Source of the DNA: Candidatus Eiseniibacteriota bacterium
Lineage (GTDB): Bacteria; Eisenbacteria; RBG-16-71-46
DNA length: 64,000 nt
Direction of reading: 5' to 3'
NCBI GenBank assembly: GCA_963725865.1
Contig: CAVSAC010000012.1
Span: 1 to 64,000 of the forward strand
A model generated the notes under the pieces. The model worked only from the letters and a program-made list of their open reading frames with translations, was not told where the DNA came from and did not search any database. The position numbers and the translations under genes were made by a program. The stretch's first letter is position 1. The number at the start of each line of letters is the position of its first letter. Positions 34,159-45,500 of this stretch are shown here, piece after piece.

Positions 34159-35412
34159 ATGATCCGATGGGCGACCCGGCTGCTCGGCACGCTGTCGCTG
34201 CTCGCCGTGCTCACGCTCGAGGCCCGCGCGCAGGTCCCGACCGCCGATTCCGCGGCGGCCGCCGCCGACAGCCTGGGGGCGCGGGCCGCGACCACGGCCC
34301 CCGACTCCGGTCTCCGGCGCTCTCCGGTGGACGACCTGTGGGTGGTGCGCACCGCGCTCACGCGGCCCGCCGACGTCGAGAGCGTGGTCGCGCGCGCGAA
34401 GGCCCTGGGCGTGCGCGGCCTGCTGGTCCAGGTGGTCGGGCGTGGCGACGCATACTACCGCTCGGACCTGTTGCCCCGGGCGGAGGCGCTCGGCAATCAC
34501 GCGGCGCCGTCCGACTTCGATCCCCTCGGCGCCCTGCTGCAGCGGGCCCACGCCGCTGGCCTCGAGGTGCACGCCTGGATGAACTGCGTGCTGGTGTGGT
34601 CGGCGCCGCAGCCTCCGCGCGATCCGCGTCACGTGATCCGCGCGCACCCGGAATGGGTCGCGCGGATGCGCGATGGACGCAGCCTCGCGCGGCTGACGCC
34701 GCGCCAGCGCGAACGCCTGCGCCTCGAGGGGGTGTTCCTCAGCCCGGGCCACCCGGGCGTTCAGGCGTGGGTCGCGAGCATCGCCAAGGAGATCGCCAGC
34801 CGCTACCCGGTGGATGGCGTGCACCTGGACTACATCCGGCAGCCGGGCGTGCCGGTCGGCTACGACATGACCACGCGCGCCCGCTTCGCGATGGAAACCG
34901 GGGTCGACCCGGACCGCTTCGACCGCCTGCCCCCCCAGCGGCGGGCCACCATGGACTCCACGTGGACGGCGTTCCAGCTCGCGCAGGTCACGGCGATCGT
35001 GCGCGGGGTGCGCGACTCACTGGCCACCGTGCGCCCCGGCATCACGCTCACCGCCGCCGTGCTGGCCGACACCACCACCGCCGAGCACCGGCACGCGCAG
35101 CTCTGGCGCGCGTGGGTGCGGGACGGCTTGCTCGACCGTGCCTACCTGATGTGCTATGCACCGCTGGTACAGACGGTCATGGACCAGTTGCTCGAGTACA
35201 CGCGCGAGTTCGGACTCTCGGAGCGCATCGTCCCGGGGATCGCGGTGTACAACACCGGGCCCTCCGCCGCCGCCGCGAAGATCCTCGGCGCGCGCACGCT
35301 GGGATTCCCGCGGCTCGCTCTCTACTCGTACGACTCACTCTTCGAGCACCCCGGCTACTGGCCGGCGCTGCTGCACGCACTCGGGCGGTTGCCGTCTGAG
35401 GACCACCCTTGA
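34159..35412 (+). CDS. Secreted glycoside hydrolase-like protein (GHL10/DUF187 family)
   Basis: Signal peptide; [16 protein letters not shown]...[21 protein letters not shown] motifs. Confidence 0.8.
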   Translation: MIRWATRLLGTLSLLAVLTLEARAQVPTADSAAAAADSLGARAATTAPDSGLRRSPVDDLWVVRTALTRPADVESVVARAKALGVRGLLVQVVGRGDAYYRSDLLPRAEALGNHAAPSDFDPLGALLQRAHAAGLEVHAWMNCVLVWSAPQPPRDPRHVIRAHPEWVARMRDGRSLARLTPRQRERLRLEGVFLSPGHPGVQAWVASIAKEIASRYPVDGVHLDYIRQPGVPVGYDMTTRARFAMETGVDPDRFDRLPPQRRATMDSTWTAFQLAQVTAIVRGVRDSLATVRPGITLTAAVLADTTTAEHRHAQLWRAWVRDGLLDRAYLMCYAPLVQTVMDQLLEYTREFGLSERIVPGIAVYNTGPSAAAAKILGARTLGFPRLALYSYDSLFEHPGYWPALLHALGRLPSEDHP

Positions 35413-35423
35413 AGGAGGACGTG

Positions 35424-37295
35424 TTGAAACCGACCGCAAGCACTCCGGGCACCCCCGCGGCCGGAGCCGTCCGCACGGACCTCCGGAACATCGCGATTAT
35501 CGCCCACGTCGACCATGGCAAGACCACGCTGGTCGACGCGATGCTCTGGCAGAGCGGGGTGTTCCGCGCCAATCAGGAGGTCGTGGAGCGTGTCATGGAC
35601 TCCAACGACCTCGAGCGCGAGAAGGGCATCACGATCCTCGCGAAGAACACCGCCGTCCGGTACGGCAGCCACAAGATCAACATCGTCGACACCCCCGGCC
35701 ACGCGGACTTCGGTGGCGAGGTGGAGCGCACGCTCAAGATGGTGGACGGCGTGCTGCTGCTGGTGGACGCGAGCGAGGGCCCGCTGCCGCAGACGCGGTT
35801 CGTACTCAAGAAGGCGCTCGAGCTGGGGCTGCCGCCGATCGTCGTCATCAACAAGATCGATCGCAAGGACGCGCGGCCGGCCGAAGTGCTGGACGAGATC
35901 TACGACCTGTTCATCGATCTCGACGCGCACGAGGACCAGTTGGATTTCCCCGTGCTGTATACCATCGCGCGCGACGGGATCTGCCGCCTCACGCCCGACG
36001 GCGAGGATCACAAGCTCGTACCGCTGTTCGAGGCCATCCTCGAGCACATCCCGGCGCCGCGCTTCGAGCCCGAGCTGCCGCTCCAGATGCTGGTCCTCAA
36101 CCTCGACTACTCGGACTACGTCGGCCGTCTCGCGATCGGGCGCATCGTGAACGGCACGGTGGCCGCGCGTCAGGACGTGGCCCTCGTGCGCCTCGACGGC
36201 AGCCTCGGCAAGGCGCGCGTGACCAACCTGTACGTGTTCGAGAACCTCGACCGCGTCGAGGTGGCGCAGGCGGGCCCGGGCGAGATCGTGGCACTCGCGG
36301 GATTCGAAGAGGTGCACATCGGCGACACCGTCACCGAGGTCGACCGGCCGGCGCCGCTGCCGCGCGTGGTGGTGGACGAACCGACCGTGAGCATGGTGTT
36401 CTCGGTCAACACCTCGCCGTTCGCCGGTCAGGAGGGCAAGTACGTCACCTCCCGCAATCTCAAGGACCGGCTCGATCGCGAGCTGCTCACGAACGTGAGC
36501 ATCCGCATCGAGCCCGGGGACACCCCGGACGCGTTCCAGGTCTCGGGGCGCGGCGAACTGCAGATGGCGATTCTGATCGAGATGATGCGCCGCGAGGGCT
36601 TCGAGCTTGCGGTGAGCAAGCCGGAGGTCATCACGCGCCGCACCGACGGCGTGGTGCACGAGCCGATGGAGAAGCTGGTGATCGACTGCCCGGAGGAGTT
36701 CGTGGGCATCGTCACCGAGAAGATCGGGCGCAGGAAGGGGCGCATGACCAACATGGTCAACCACGGGACGGGGCGGGTGCGGCTCGAGTTCCGCATCCCC
36801 TCGCGCGGCCTGATCGGGTTCCGGGGCCAGTTCCTCACCGACACGCGTGGGACCGGCCTGCTCAATCACCTGTTCGACGGCTACGAGCCCTGGCAGGGTG
36901 ACATCCCGCATCGGACGACCGGGGCGCTGGTCGCGGACCGGCCCGGACGCATCACCGCGTACGCGATCGAACACGTGCAGGACCGCGGCGAGATGTTCGT
37001 GGAGCCCGGCGACCGCTGCTACGAGGGCATGGTCGTCGGCGAGAACTCCCGCGAAGAGGACATCGACGTCAACATCGTCAAGGAGAAGAAGCTGACCAAC
37101 ATGCGCTCCTCGACGTCGGAGGAGAGCGTGCACCTGCTCCCGGCGCACAAGATGTCGCTCGAGCAGTGCCTCGAGTGGATCCGCGAGGACGAGCTGCTGG
37201 AGGTGACCCCGGCTTCGCTGCGCCTGCGCAAGCGAGGGCTCCAGGCGAACGTCCGCCCGAGGTACTGGCAGCGTAACGACGCCGCGCGCGCCTGA
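35424..37295 (+). CDS. typA: Translational GTPase TypA/BipA
   Basis: [47 protein letters not shown] start after AAGGAGG (35409 also possible). Confidence 0.97.
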   Translation: MKPTASTPGTPAAGAVRTDLRNIAIIAHVDHGKTTLVDAMLWQSGVFRANQEVVERVMDSNDLEREKGITILAKNTAVRYGSHKINIVDTPGHADFGGEVERTLKMVDGVLLLVDASEGPLPQTRFVLKKALELGLPPIVVINKIDRKDARPAEVLDEIYDLFIDLDAHEDQLDFPVLYTIARDGICRLTPDGEDHKLVPLFEAILEHIPAPRFEPELPLQMLVLNLDYSDYVGRLAIGRIVNGTVAARQDVALVRLDGSLGKARVTNLYVFENLDRVEVAQAGPGEIVALAGFEEVHIGDTVTEVDRPAPLPRVVVDEPTVSMVFSVNTSPFAGQEGKYVTSRNLKDRLDRELLTNVSIRIEPGDTPDAFQVSGRGELQMAILIEMMRREGFELAVSKPEVITRRTDGVVHEPMEKLVIDCPEEFVGIVTEKIGRRKGRMTNMVNHGTGRVRLEFRIPSRGLIGFRGQFLTDTRGTGLLNHLFDGYEPWQGDIPHRTTGALVADRPGRITAYAIEHVQDRGEMFVEPGDRCYEGMVVGENSREEDIDVNIVKEKKLTNMRSSTSEESVHLLPAHKMSLEQCLEWIREDELLEVTPASLRLRKRGLQANVRPRYWQRNDAARA

Positions 37296-37431
37296 GCGCG
37301 CGGGCGTCCGGCCGGCGCCGCAATCCGCTTGCCTGGCGGAGCGGGGGGCATCGAGCGGGTGCGGACCCCGCCGCCAGGCCGGTCGAGCGGCATCCGGCTC
37401 CCCAGATTCTGGGCCTGACGGTGGTTCGTCA

Positions 37432-37461
37432 TTGACGCGCGCGGGAGCGGCTCCCTACCCT
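37432..37461 (+). promoter_or_regulatory. Possible sigma70-type promoter for the large surface protein
   Basis: TTGACG, 18-nt spacer, TACCCT, about 100 nt before the start. Confidence 0.4.
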
Positions 37462-37563
37462 TATGGAGGGTCGCGCCGCCTGCCCGGCGTGGCCGACGCC
37501 CAGTTGCAGGCATGCCTTCGCGCCGCGCGCATGCCGGTCTCCAACTCCCCTCGGAGGTCTCCG

Positions 37564-40500
37564 GTGAGCGGTCATCGCCTCATGACCGCGATCGGCAGCG
37601 CTATCCTCATCGCGCTCCACAGTTCGATCGCGCTCGCAGCCCCGTCCGTGCCTTCCCTGTTCGTGGTGGATGACGTCACGCCCGGCGCCGTCTGGGATAC
37701 CCCGGTCGGTATCACGTTCCTCCCCGGCGGCCGCATGCTGGTCGCTGAGAAGCGCGGCCGCGTGTACACGGTGACGAACGGGGTCCGCAGCGTGAGTCCG
37801 CTCTGGCAGGCCGAGGCGCAGGTGCTCGACAACGGGGACCGCGGACTGCTCGGCATCGCCGTCGACCCGGCCTACGGGACTCCCGGCAACCGGTGGCTCT
37901 ACCTGCTCTACACGGTGGACCCCGACTCGAACAACGTCGACACCGACAGTGATGCCTATGGCCGGCTGATCCGGATCCAGGTGCTGCCGGGCGATTCGAC
38001 CGTGGACTACAACTCGCGCCAGGTCCTGTTCGGCGCCGACTGGCCGCGCGGGCCGGTCTCTGGCGGCGACTCGCACACCATCGGCTCGCTGCGGTTCGCG
38101 GCCGACAGCACGCTCATCGTCTCGGTCGGCGACGGCGCGCAGTACAACTCGATGGATCAGGGCGGTCAGGATCCCGGTGCGTTCGGCGCCGGCAAGACCG
38201 ACCCGAACGAAAACATCGGCGCGTTCCGCGCGCAGGACATCACGAGCCTCGCGGGCAAGATCCTGCGCCTCGATCGCACGACCGGTCGAGGGCTGCCGAG
38301 CAATCCGTACTGGGATGGCAACGCCAACTCGGTGCGCTCGCGCGTGTGGGCGTACGGCACGCGCAATCCGTTCCGCTTCAGCCTGCGCCCCGGAACCGGC
38401 AGCACCGATGCAGCGCTCGGCCGGCCCGGGACGCTCTACATCGGAGACGTCGGCTGGACCACGTGGGAGGAGCTGGACATCGCGCGCAACGGCGGCATCA
38501 ACTTCGGCTGGCCGTGCTTCGAGGGCTTCGGCGCGAACGGGCAGTACCAGGCGGGCAGCCCCGCGCACAATGGGTGCGGATCGATCGGCACCGCGACCAA
38601 TCCCACGTCGCCCTCCTCGCCGATCGCCGCCTGGCACCACACGGACGACGCCCAGTCGGTGCCTCCCGGCTTCCACGGCAACACCTCGATCGGCGGGACG
38701 TTCTACACCTCCAATCGCTACCCGGTGCAGTACCGCGGGCAGTACTTCTTCGGCGACTTCGGCCAGAGCTGGATCCGGGTCGCGGTGGTGGACGCCAACG
38801 ACAACCTGATCCAGGTGCTGCCGTTCGGCACCAGCATGGACGGCCCGGTGGACTTCGCGCTCGATCCGGCGACCGGAGACCTGATCTACGTCGCCATCAA
38901 CGTCGGTGGGATCCGGCGCATCCGCTACACCGGCGCGACCGGCGGCAACACGCCGCCGATCGCGATCGCCGCCGCCAATCCAAACTCGGGCGCGGCGCCG
39001 CTGACGGTCAACTTCTCGAGCAGCGGCTCGAGCGATGCGGACGGCGATCCGCTGGCGTTCAGCTGGTTGTTCGGTGACGGCGGCAGCTCGAGTGCCGCGA
39101 ACCCGACGCACGTCTACGCCAGCCCGGGGAACTTTCCGGCGCAGCTGACGGTCAGCGACGGCCGCGGCGGCTCGGACGTGCGCACGCTCAGCATCGTCGT
39201 GGGCAGCGGGAGCGGCGCGTTTCCCACCACGCCGGTGGTGGACAACTTCAACCGCGCGAACGGGGCGCTCGGCGGCCAGTGGGTGGGACAGACCACCGGG
39301 CTGACGATCAGCAACAACCAGCTGACGTCCTCGAGCGGTGCGGCGGTGAGCGCGGTGTGGAACGGGGCGGTGTTCGGGGCGGACCAGGAGGTGTACGTCA
39401 CGTTCAACGCGATCAACGCGGCGGCGCCGGAGCACGACCTGATGCTGAAGGTGCAGGGGACGTCGTACACGGGCGGGCACATCGAGGTGCGGTACACGGC
39501 GGCGGCGGGGCAGGTGCAGGTGTCGACGTACACCGGGGCGACGGGGTGGGTGAACCGCGGGGGACCGATCGCGGTGACGTTCGGAGTGGGGGACCGGTTC
39601 GGCGCGCGGGCGCTGGCGAACGGGACGATCGAGGTGTATCGCAACGGAGCGCAGATCGGGAGCACGAGCGCGGGGACGTGGCCGTTCGCGGCGAGCGGTG
39701 GACGGCTGGGGCTGACGGTGGACGGGATCACCGGCTCGCTGCTCGACGACTTCGGCGGCGGCAATGTGGTGGCGAACGCGAACACCAAGCCGACGGCCAT
39801 CCTCATCGCGCCCACCAACGGCTCGTTCTACATCAGCGGCCAGACCATCAGCCTGGTCGGCGACGGCAGCGACGCGCAGACGCCGAGCGACAGCCTGACC
39901 TACCAGTGGGTGATGGACCTGCACCACAACACCCACGTCCATCCTGCGGCGTTCACCGGCTTCGGCAAGATCCAGTCGTACCTCGGCGACAACCACGACG
40001 ACGGCACCGGGGTGTTCGAGGAGATCAAGCTGATCGTCGCCGACCCGGGCGGGCTGACCGACACGGCGCGCGTGAGCATCTACCCCGAGGTCGACCTGAC
40101 GCCTTCGATCGCGACGGTCGCGCCCGCCACGCCGACCGGCGGGCAGCCGGCCACGTACACGTTCCGCCTGCGCAACCTCGGCCGCATGCCGGCGCCGTTC
40201 TCGCGCTGGGTGCTGCGCGCGGGCGGCACACTGGTCGCGCAGGGCGACACGCTGGTGCCGGCGCGCGACAGCGTGACGATCACGCGCACCGCCTCGCTCG
40301 CCGCGGGCACGTTCAACTTGCGCGCGCGCGCCGACTCGCTCGGCACCGTGACCGAGACCGACGAAGGCAACGACGCCAGCAACGTGACGCTGACCGTGAA
40401 TCCGGTGGCGGGGAACACGCCGCCGGTGGCGAACGCGGGGGGTGCGCCGGTGAGCGGGACGGCGCCGCTGGCGGTGACGTTCTCGAGCGCCGGCTCGAGC

Positions 40501-42423
40501 GATCCCGACGGCGACCCGATCACGTTCGCGTGGGCGTTCGGCGACGGCGGCACGTCGAGCGCGGCGGGCCCGGCGCACACCTACGTCGCGGCGGGCAGCT
40601 ACAACGCGGTGCTGACGGTGAGCGACAACCGGGGCGGCAGCGGCCGCGACACGGTGGTGGTGACGGTGACGGGGGCGGCGAGCGGGTTTCCGAGCACCGC
40701 GGTGGTGGACAACTTCAACCGCGCGAACGGGGCGCTCGGCGGCCAGTGGGTGGGACAGACCACCGGGCTGACGATCAGCAACAACCAGCTGACGTCCTCG
40801 AGCGGTGCGGCGGTGAGCGCGGTGTGGAACGGGGCGGTGTTCGGGGCGGACCAGGAGGTGTACGTCACGTTCAACGCGATCAACGCGGCGGCGCCGGAGC
40901 ACGACCTGATGCTGAAGGTGCAGGGGACGTCGTACACGGGCGGGCACATCGAGGTGCGGTACACGGCGGCGGCGGGGCAGGTGCAGGTGTCGACGTACAC
41001 CGGGGCGACGGGGTGGGTGAACCGCGGGGGACCGATCGCGGTGACGTTCGGAGTGGGGGACCGGTTCGGCGCGCGGGCGCTGGCGAACGGGACGATCGAG
41101 GTGTATCGCAACGGAGCGCAGATCGGGAGCACGAGCGCGGGGACGTGGCCGTTCGCGGCGAGCGGTGGACGGCTGGGGCTGACGGTGGACGGGATCACCG
41201 GCTCGCTGCTCGACGACTTCGGCGGCGGCGACGTGGTCGGCGGACCGCCGCCCGGGAACACGCCGCCGGTGGCGAACGCGGGGGGTGCGCCGGTGAGCGG
41301 GACGGCGCCGCTGGCGGTGACGTTCTCGAGCGCCGGCTCGAGCGATCCCGACGGCGACCCGATCACGTTCGCGTGGGCGTTCGGCGACGGCGGCACGTCG
41401 AGCGCGGCGGGCCCGGCGCACACCTACGTCGCGGCGGGCAGCTACAACGCGGTGCTGACGGTGAGCGACAACCGGGGCGGCAGCGGCCGCGACACGGTGG
41501 TGGTGACGGTGACGGGGGCGGCGAGCGGGTTTCCGAGCACCGCGGTGGTGGACAACTTCAACCGCGCGAACGGGGCGCTCGGCGGCCAGTGGGTGGGACA
41601 GACCACCGGGCTGACGATCAGCAACAACCAGCTGACGTCCTCGAGCGGTGCGGCGGTGAGCGCGGTGTGGAACGGGGCGGTGTTCGGGGCGGACCAGGAG
41701 GTGTACGTCACGTTCAACGCGATCAACGCGGCGGCGCCGGAGCACGACCTGATGCTGAAGGTGCAGGGGACGTCGTACACGGGCGGGCACATCGAGGTGC
41801 GGTACACGGCGGCGGCGGGGCAGGTGCAGGTGTCGACGTACACCGGGGCGACGGGGTGGGTGAACCGCGGGGGACCGATCGCGGTGACGTTCGGAGTGGG
41901 GGACCGGTTCGGCGCGCGGGCGCTGGCGAACGGGACGATCGAGGTGTATCGCAACGGAGCGCAGATCGGGAGCACGAGCGCGGGGACGTGGCCGTTCGCG
42001 GCGAGCGGTGGACGGCTGGGGCTGACGGTGGACGGGATCACCGGCTCGCTGCTCGACGACTTCGGCGGCGGCGACGTGGTGCCGGCAGTGGCGTCCCTCG
42101 GCGCCCAGCGCAGCGTCGACGAAGCAGTCGCGGCGCCGAGTCTGCCCGGCGCGCTCGCGCTATCGACACCGTGGCCCAATCCCGCCTCGAGCGGCGTGAC
42201 GCTGGCGTTGGACCTACCCGACGACGCGGACGTGCGCCTCAGCGTGCTGGACGTACAGGGCCGCCGGGTGATGGTCGGCCCGCTCGAGCACCGCCCGGCG
42301 GGGCGCTGGACGCTGGCCTGGAACGGTGCTTCGGCCGCGGGCCCGGTGCGACCCGGGATCTACCTGGTGCAGGTGAGCGTCGGCGAGCGCCAGCTGCTTC
42401 GCCGCGTGGTCGTGCTTCCTTAG
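37564..42423 (+). CDS. Large secreted protein: PQQ-dependent sugar dehydrogenase (GSDH) beta-propeller, PKD domains, three identical beta-rich modules, a CARDB-like domain and a C-terminal FlgD-Ig/T9SS-like domain
   Basis: GTG after GGAGG, signal peptide; DRGLLGIAVDP, GKILR, YG.RNPFR, GDVG, NFGWP (GSDH); SSD.DGD...W.FGDG (PKD); RNLG...ETDEGND (CARDB); PWPNP...GIYLV (CTD). Confidence 0.85.
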   Translation: MSGHRLMTAIGSAILIALHSSIALAAPSVPSLFVVDDVTPGAVWDTPVGITFLPGGRMLVAEKRGRVYTVTNGVRSVSPLWQAEAQVLDNGDRGLLGIAVDPAYGTPGNRWLYLLYTVDPDSNNVDTDSDAYGRLIRIQVLPGDSTVDYNSRQVLFGADWPRGPVSGGDSHTIGSLRFAADSTLIVSVGDGAQYNSMDQGGQDPGAFGAGKTDPNENIGAFRAQDITSLAGKILRLDRTTGRGLPSNPYWDGNANSVRSRVWAYGTRNPFRFSLRPGTGSTDAALGRPGTLYIGDVGWTTWEELDIARNGGINFGWPCFEGFGANGQYQAGSPAHNGCGSIGTATNPTSPSSPIAAWHHTDDAQSVPPGFHGNTSIGGTFYTSNRYPVQYRGQYFFGDFGQSWIRVAVVDANDNLIQVLPFGTSMDGPVDFALDPATGDLIYVAINVGGIRRIRYTGATGGNTPPIAIAAANPNSGAAPLTVNFSSSGSSDADGDPLAFSWLFGDGGSSSAANPTHVYASPGNFPAQLTVSDGRGGSDVRTLSIVVGSGSGAFPTTPVVDNFNRANGALGGQWVGQTTGLTISNNQLTSSSGAAVSAVWNGAVFGADQEVYVTFNAINAAAPEHDLMLKVQGTSYTGGHIEVRYTAAAGQVQVSTYTGATGWVNRGGPIAVTFGVGDRFGARALANGTIEVYRNGAQIGSTSAGTWPFAASGGRLGLTVDGITGSLLDDFGGGNVVANANTKPTAILIAPTNGSFYISGQTISLVGDGSDAQTPSDSLTYQWVMDLHHNTHVHPAAFTGFGKIQSYLGDNHDDGTGVFEEIKLIVADPGGLTDTARVSIYPEVDLTPSIATVAPATPTGGQPATYTFRLRNLGRMPAPFSRWVLRAGGTLVAQGDTLVPARDSVTITRTASLAAGTFNLRARADSLGTVTETDEGNDASNVTLTVNPVAGNTPPVANAGGAPVSGTAPLAVTFSSAGSSDPDGDPITFAWAFGDGGTSSAAGPAHTYVAAGSYNAVLTVSDNRGGSGRDTVVVTVTGAASGFPSTAVVDNFNRANGALGGQWVGQTTGLTISNNQLTSSSGAAVSAVWNGAVFGADQEVYVTFNAINAAAPEHDLMLKVQGTSYTGGHIEVRYTAAAGQVQVSTYTGATGWVNRGGPIAVTFGVGDRFGARALANGTIEVYRNGAQIGSTSAGTWPFAASGGRLGLTVDGITGSLLDDFGGGDVVGGPPPGNTPPVANAGGAPVSGTAPLAVTFSSAGSSDPDGDPITFAWAFGDGGTSSAAGPAHTYVAAGSYNAVLTVSDNRGGSGRDTVVVTVTGAASGFPSTAVVDNFNRANGALGGQWVGQTTGLTISNNQLTSSSGAAVSAVWNGAVFGADQEVYVTFNAINAAAPEHDLMLKVQGTSYTGGHIEVRYTAAAGQVQVSTYTGATGWVNRGGPIAVTFGVGDRFGARALANGTIEVYRNGAQIGSTSAGTWPFAASGGRLGLTVDGITGSLLDDFGGGDVVPAVASLGAQRSVDEAVAAPSLPGALALSTPWPNPASSGVTLALDLPDDADVRLSVLDVQGRRVMVGPLEHRPAGRWTLAWNGASAAGPVRPGIYLVQVSVGERQLLRRVVVLP
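39233..39762 (+). repeat. 530-bp module, copy 1 of 3 (others at 40700-41229 and 41543-42072)
   Basis: DNA reads identical from CGGTGGTGGACAACTTC to TTCGGCGGCGGC at offsets +1467 and +2310. Confidence 0.92.
40411..42080 (+). repeat. Tandem duplication with 843-bp period (40411-41237 and 41254-42080): PKD plus beta-rich module
   Basis: Both copies start GGGAACACGCCGCCGGTGGCG and read identical to GACGTGGT; in frame (281 codons). Confidence 0.92.
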
Positions 42424-42534
42424 TTCGTGCCGGGTCGCTCCACGCGGCGGCTCGGAGCAGTTGTGTCGCGCTCATCGGAGGGGGCCCAGGTCGGGCCCCC
42501 GCGCCGCGCGCCGCCGGGAGCCGCTGATTCCGGC

Positions 42535-42561
42535 TCAAGTCCCACAGCCGCTTGCCGATGA
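42535..42561 (+). promoter_or_regulatory. sigma28 (FliA/WhiG/SigD)-type promoter
   Basis: TCAAG, 14-nt spacer, GCCGATGA, 35 nt before ATG 42597. Confidence 0.65.
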
Positions 42562-42596
42562 CTCCGGTGGGCCCGGTCCTGTCCGGGCCCTCCATC

Positions 42597-45500
42597 ATGA
42601 CGCTGCGATCCCCTGCCTCACGGACGAAGCCTGGGTCTTCGGCTTCCCCGCCACTCACCGGCGCCTGGAGCGCCCCGGAGGGTGGCGGGCTGCCGCACGG
42701 CCAGACGACCGCCACCCCGCGCGACGGCGCGCGCATCGCCATCGCGCTCACGGTGTTGCTCGGGCTGATCCTGGCCCTGCTCAACGTCGGGCTCTATCAG
42801 AGCGCGCGCCGGCGGCTGGCCGATCAGAAATGGCAGCAGCTGGTGGCGCAGACGGACGATCGCCGCGACGCGGTCCGCGACGCCCTGCACCGCGCCGCGC
42901 GGGTCACCCGATTCGTGGCCGGGGACGCCGCGATCCGCGCGTGGGCGGAGCAGGCCGCGGCCGGTCCACTGAAGCCCGAGGAGCAGGCGCGCTTCACCGA
43001 CCAGCTGGGGCGTGCCGCGCACCTGTTCGACCTGAGCAGCGTCGAGGTCTTCGACGCCGGCGGCCACAGCCTCGGGTCGACCCGCGGTGAGCGCCACCAG
43101 GACACGGAGGCGCTGCGGAACCTGCTGGGGCGCGCGCGCCGGTCCGCGGAGGCCGAGATCACGCAACTGCGCCACGATGGCCAGGCGGCCCCGGTGCTCG
43201 CGGTCGCGGTCCGGGTCGAGCCGCGGAGCGCGCGGAACGCCGCCGCGATCCTGGTCACCGACACGCGCCTCGAGGATGCGATCGAGCCGGCGCTGCACGA
43301 CGGATTCGAAGGCGGCCCCGACGCGGGGAACTATCTGGTGCGCCTCGACGGTGACCGTCTCGTGATGGTGTCATCGCCGCCGAAGGGACTCGCGGCATCC
43401 GTCGGGGACCTGCTTCCCGCCCACGATCCGCGGCTGCGTGCCGGATACCTCGCGGCGAGCGGAACCGAGACGAACATCGAGGTGAATGTCGCGGGCCGCC
43501 AGGTCCACTGGGCGGTGACCCGCTACCTGCCCGAGATGGGCTGGGGGCTGGTGGGTGAGGCCGATCGCCGGACACTGCTCGAGGGGCTGCGCAGCACCCT
43601 CACGGGCCTGCTGGTGTTCGACCTCGCGGTGCTCCTGATCGCGGCCGCGGCGATCTGGTTCTGGCGCCGGCAGTACCTCGGCGGCCTCGCGCGCCGCGAG
43701 ATGGAGATGACGCGGAAGCACGCCGGGCGACTGGCGGCGGTGTTCGACAACGCGTTCGACGCCATCGTCACCCTCGATCGGGACGGCAATCTCGGCAGCG
43801 TGAACACGGCCGCGGTGGCGCTGTTCGGGCGCCCGGCCGCTGAACTTCAGCAGCAGCGCCTGGAGCTCCTGCTGTCTCCCGTGCCTCCGCTGTGCGGGGA
43901 GGATCGGATCCACACGGTCGCGCAGGTGGAGGCGGTCCGCCCCGACGGCTCGCGCGTGCCGGTCGAGGTCTCGATCGGCGTGTCCGGCGAGGGCGAAGAG
44001 CTGCGCTACTCCGCCATCATCCGCGATCTCAGCCAGCGCCTCGAGTCGGAGCGCCGCATCCGCGCGTTTGCGGACGGGCTCGAGATCAGCAATCGCCGGC
44101 TCGAGGAGGCGAACGCCCAGCTCGAGGAGGCGTCACGGCTCAAGAGCGAGTTCCTGGCGAACACCTCGCACGAGCTGCGGACGCCGCTCAACGGGATGAT
44201 CGGATTCCTGCAGCTGGTGCTCGACGGGCTGTGCGACTCGCCCGAGGAGGAGCGGGAATTCCTCAAGCAGGCGCTGCAGTGCTCGCGGCACCTGCTCGGG
44301 CTCATCAACGACGTGCTCGATATCGCGAAGATCGAAGCGGGCCGACTGACCCTGGAGATCGAGCGCATCGACATCGCGGCGCTGCTCGACGAGGTCTACA
44401 CGCTGGCCCACGTGCAGGCCGCGCAGAAGGGACTACGGCTCGAGTTCGTGCCGCCCGAGGATCCGCTGATCGGGGTGCGCGGGGACTTCGGCAAGGTCAA
44501 GCAGATCCTGATCAACCTGGTCGGAAACAGCCTCAAGTTCACGCATTCCGGCAGCATCACCGTGCGAGCCCTGCCGCACGCCGACCTCGGCTACGTGATG
44601 TTCGAAGTCGTTGACACCGGCGTGGGCATCCCGGCGGAGCGCCAGCGGCTGATCTTCGAGAAGTTCACCCAGGGCGACGGGAGCACGACGCGCAAGTACG
44701 GGGGCACCGGACTGGGGCTCGCCATCTCACGGAGCCTCGTCGAGCTGATGGGCGGCATCATCGGCGTCCACAGTCACGGTCCGGGAACCGGGACGCGGAT
44801 GTACTTCTCGCTGCCGGTGTGGCGCAACGAGGCCGACGAATCCAATCCGACCGTCGAGAACGCGCCGCACCACGTGCACGGGCCGGCCGGCGGGGCGCTG
44901 GTGCTGGTCGTCGAGGACGACCCCACCTTCCGGCTCTACCTGGGCTCCCTCCTCCACCAGCACGGCTACCGGACGGTGGACGCGCGCAACGCCGAGATCG
45001 GCTGGCTGCTCGTTCGTCGCCTGCGCCCCTCGGTCGTGGTGCTGGACTACGCGCTGACCTCGGTGGAGGGGGCGCTCATGCGGACCGGCTGGGACCTCGC
45101 CGAGCGGATGACCGCGGATCCCAAGACCCGCCACATCCCGATCGTGTTCGTCACCGGGTTCGACACCGAGCTCAAGCAGAAGTTGCAGGCCAATTCGTTC
45201 GCTCGGAAGCCCCACCACCTGCAGAAGCCCATCGAGGGTTCCGTACTGCTGGCGAAGCTCCACGAGGTGACCCAGGTGTCGGACGGGCGGACAGTGCGCA
45301 TCCTGATGGCCGACGACGATCCCGCGGTCGCCGCCTACGTCCGCAAGGTACTTCCGTCCGAGCGCTTCGAGGTCGAGCTCGCCGCCGACGGGGCGGAGTG
45401 CCTGCACCTGCTGCGGACCCGCGCACACGATTTCGACCTCCTGCTGCTCGACCTCATGATGCCGGAGGTCAGCGGTTACGACGTGCTGCGCGAGATGACG

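Noticed and set aside
39233..42080. Repeats as a CRISPR array or diversity-generating retroelement
   Set aside because: Long, in-frame, identical domain repeats with no spacers, no adenine-specific differences, and no reverse transcriptase or cas gene in the window
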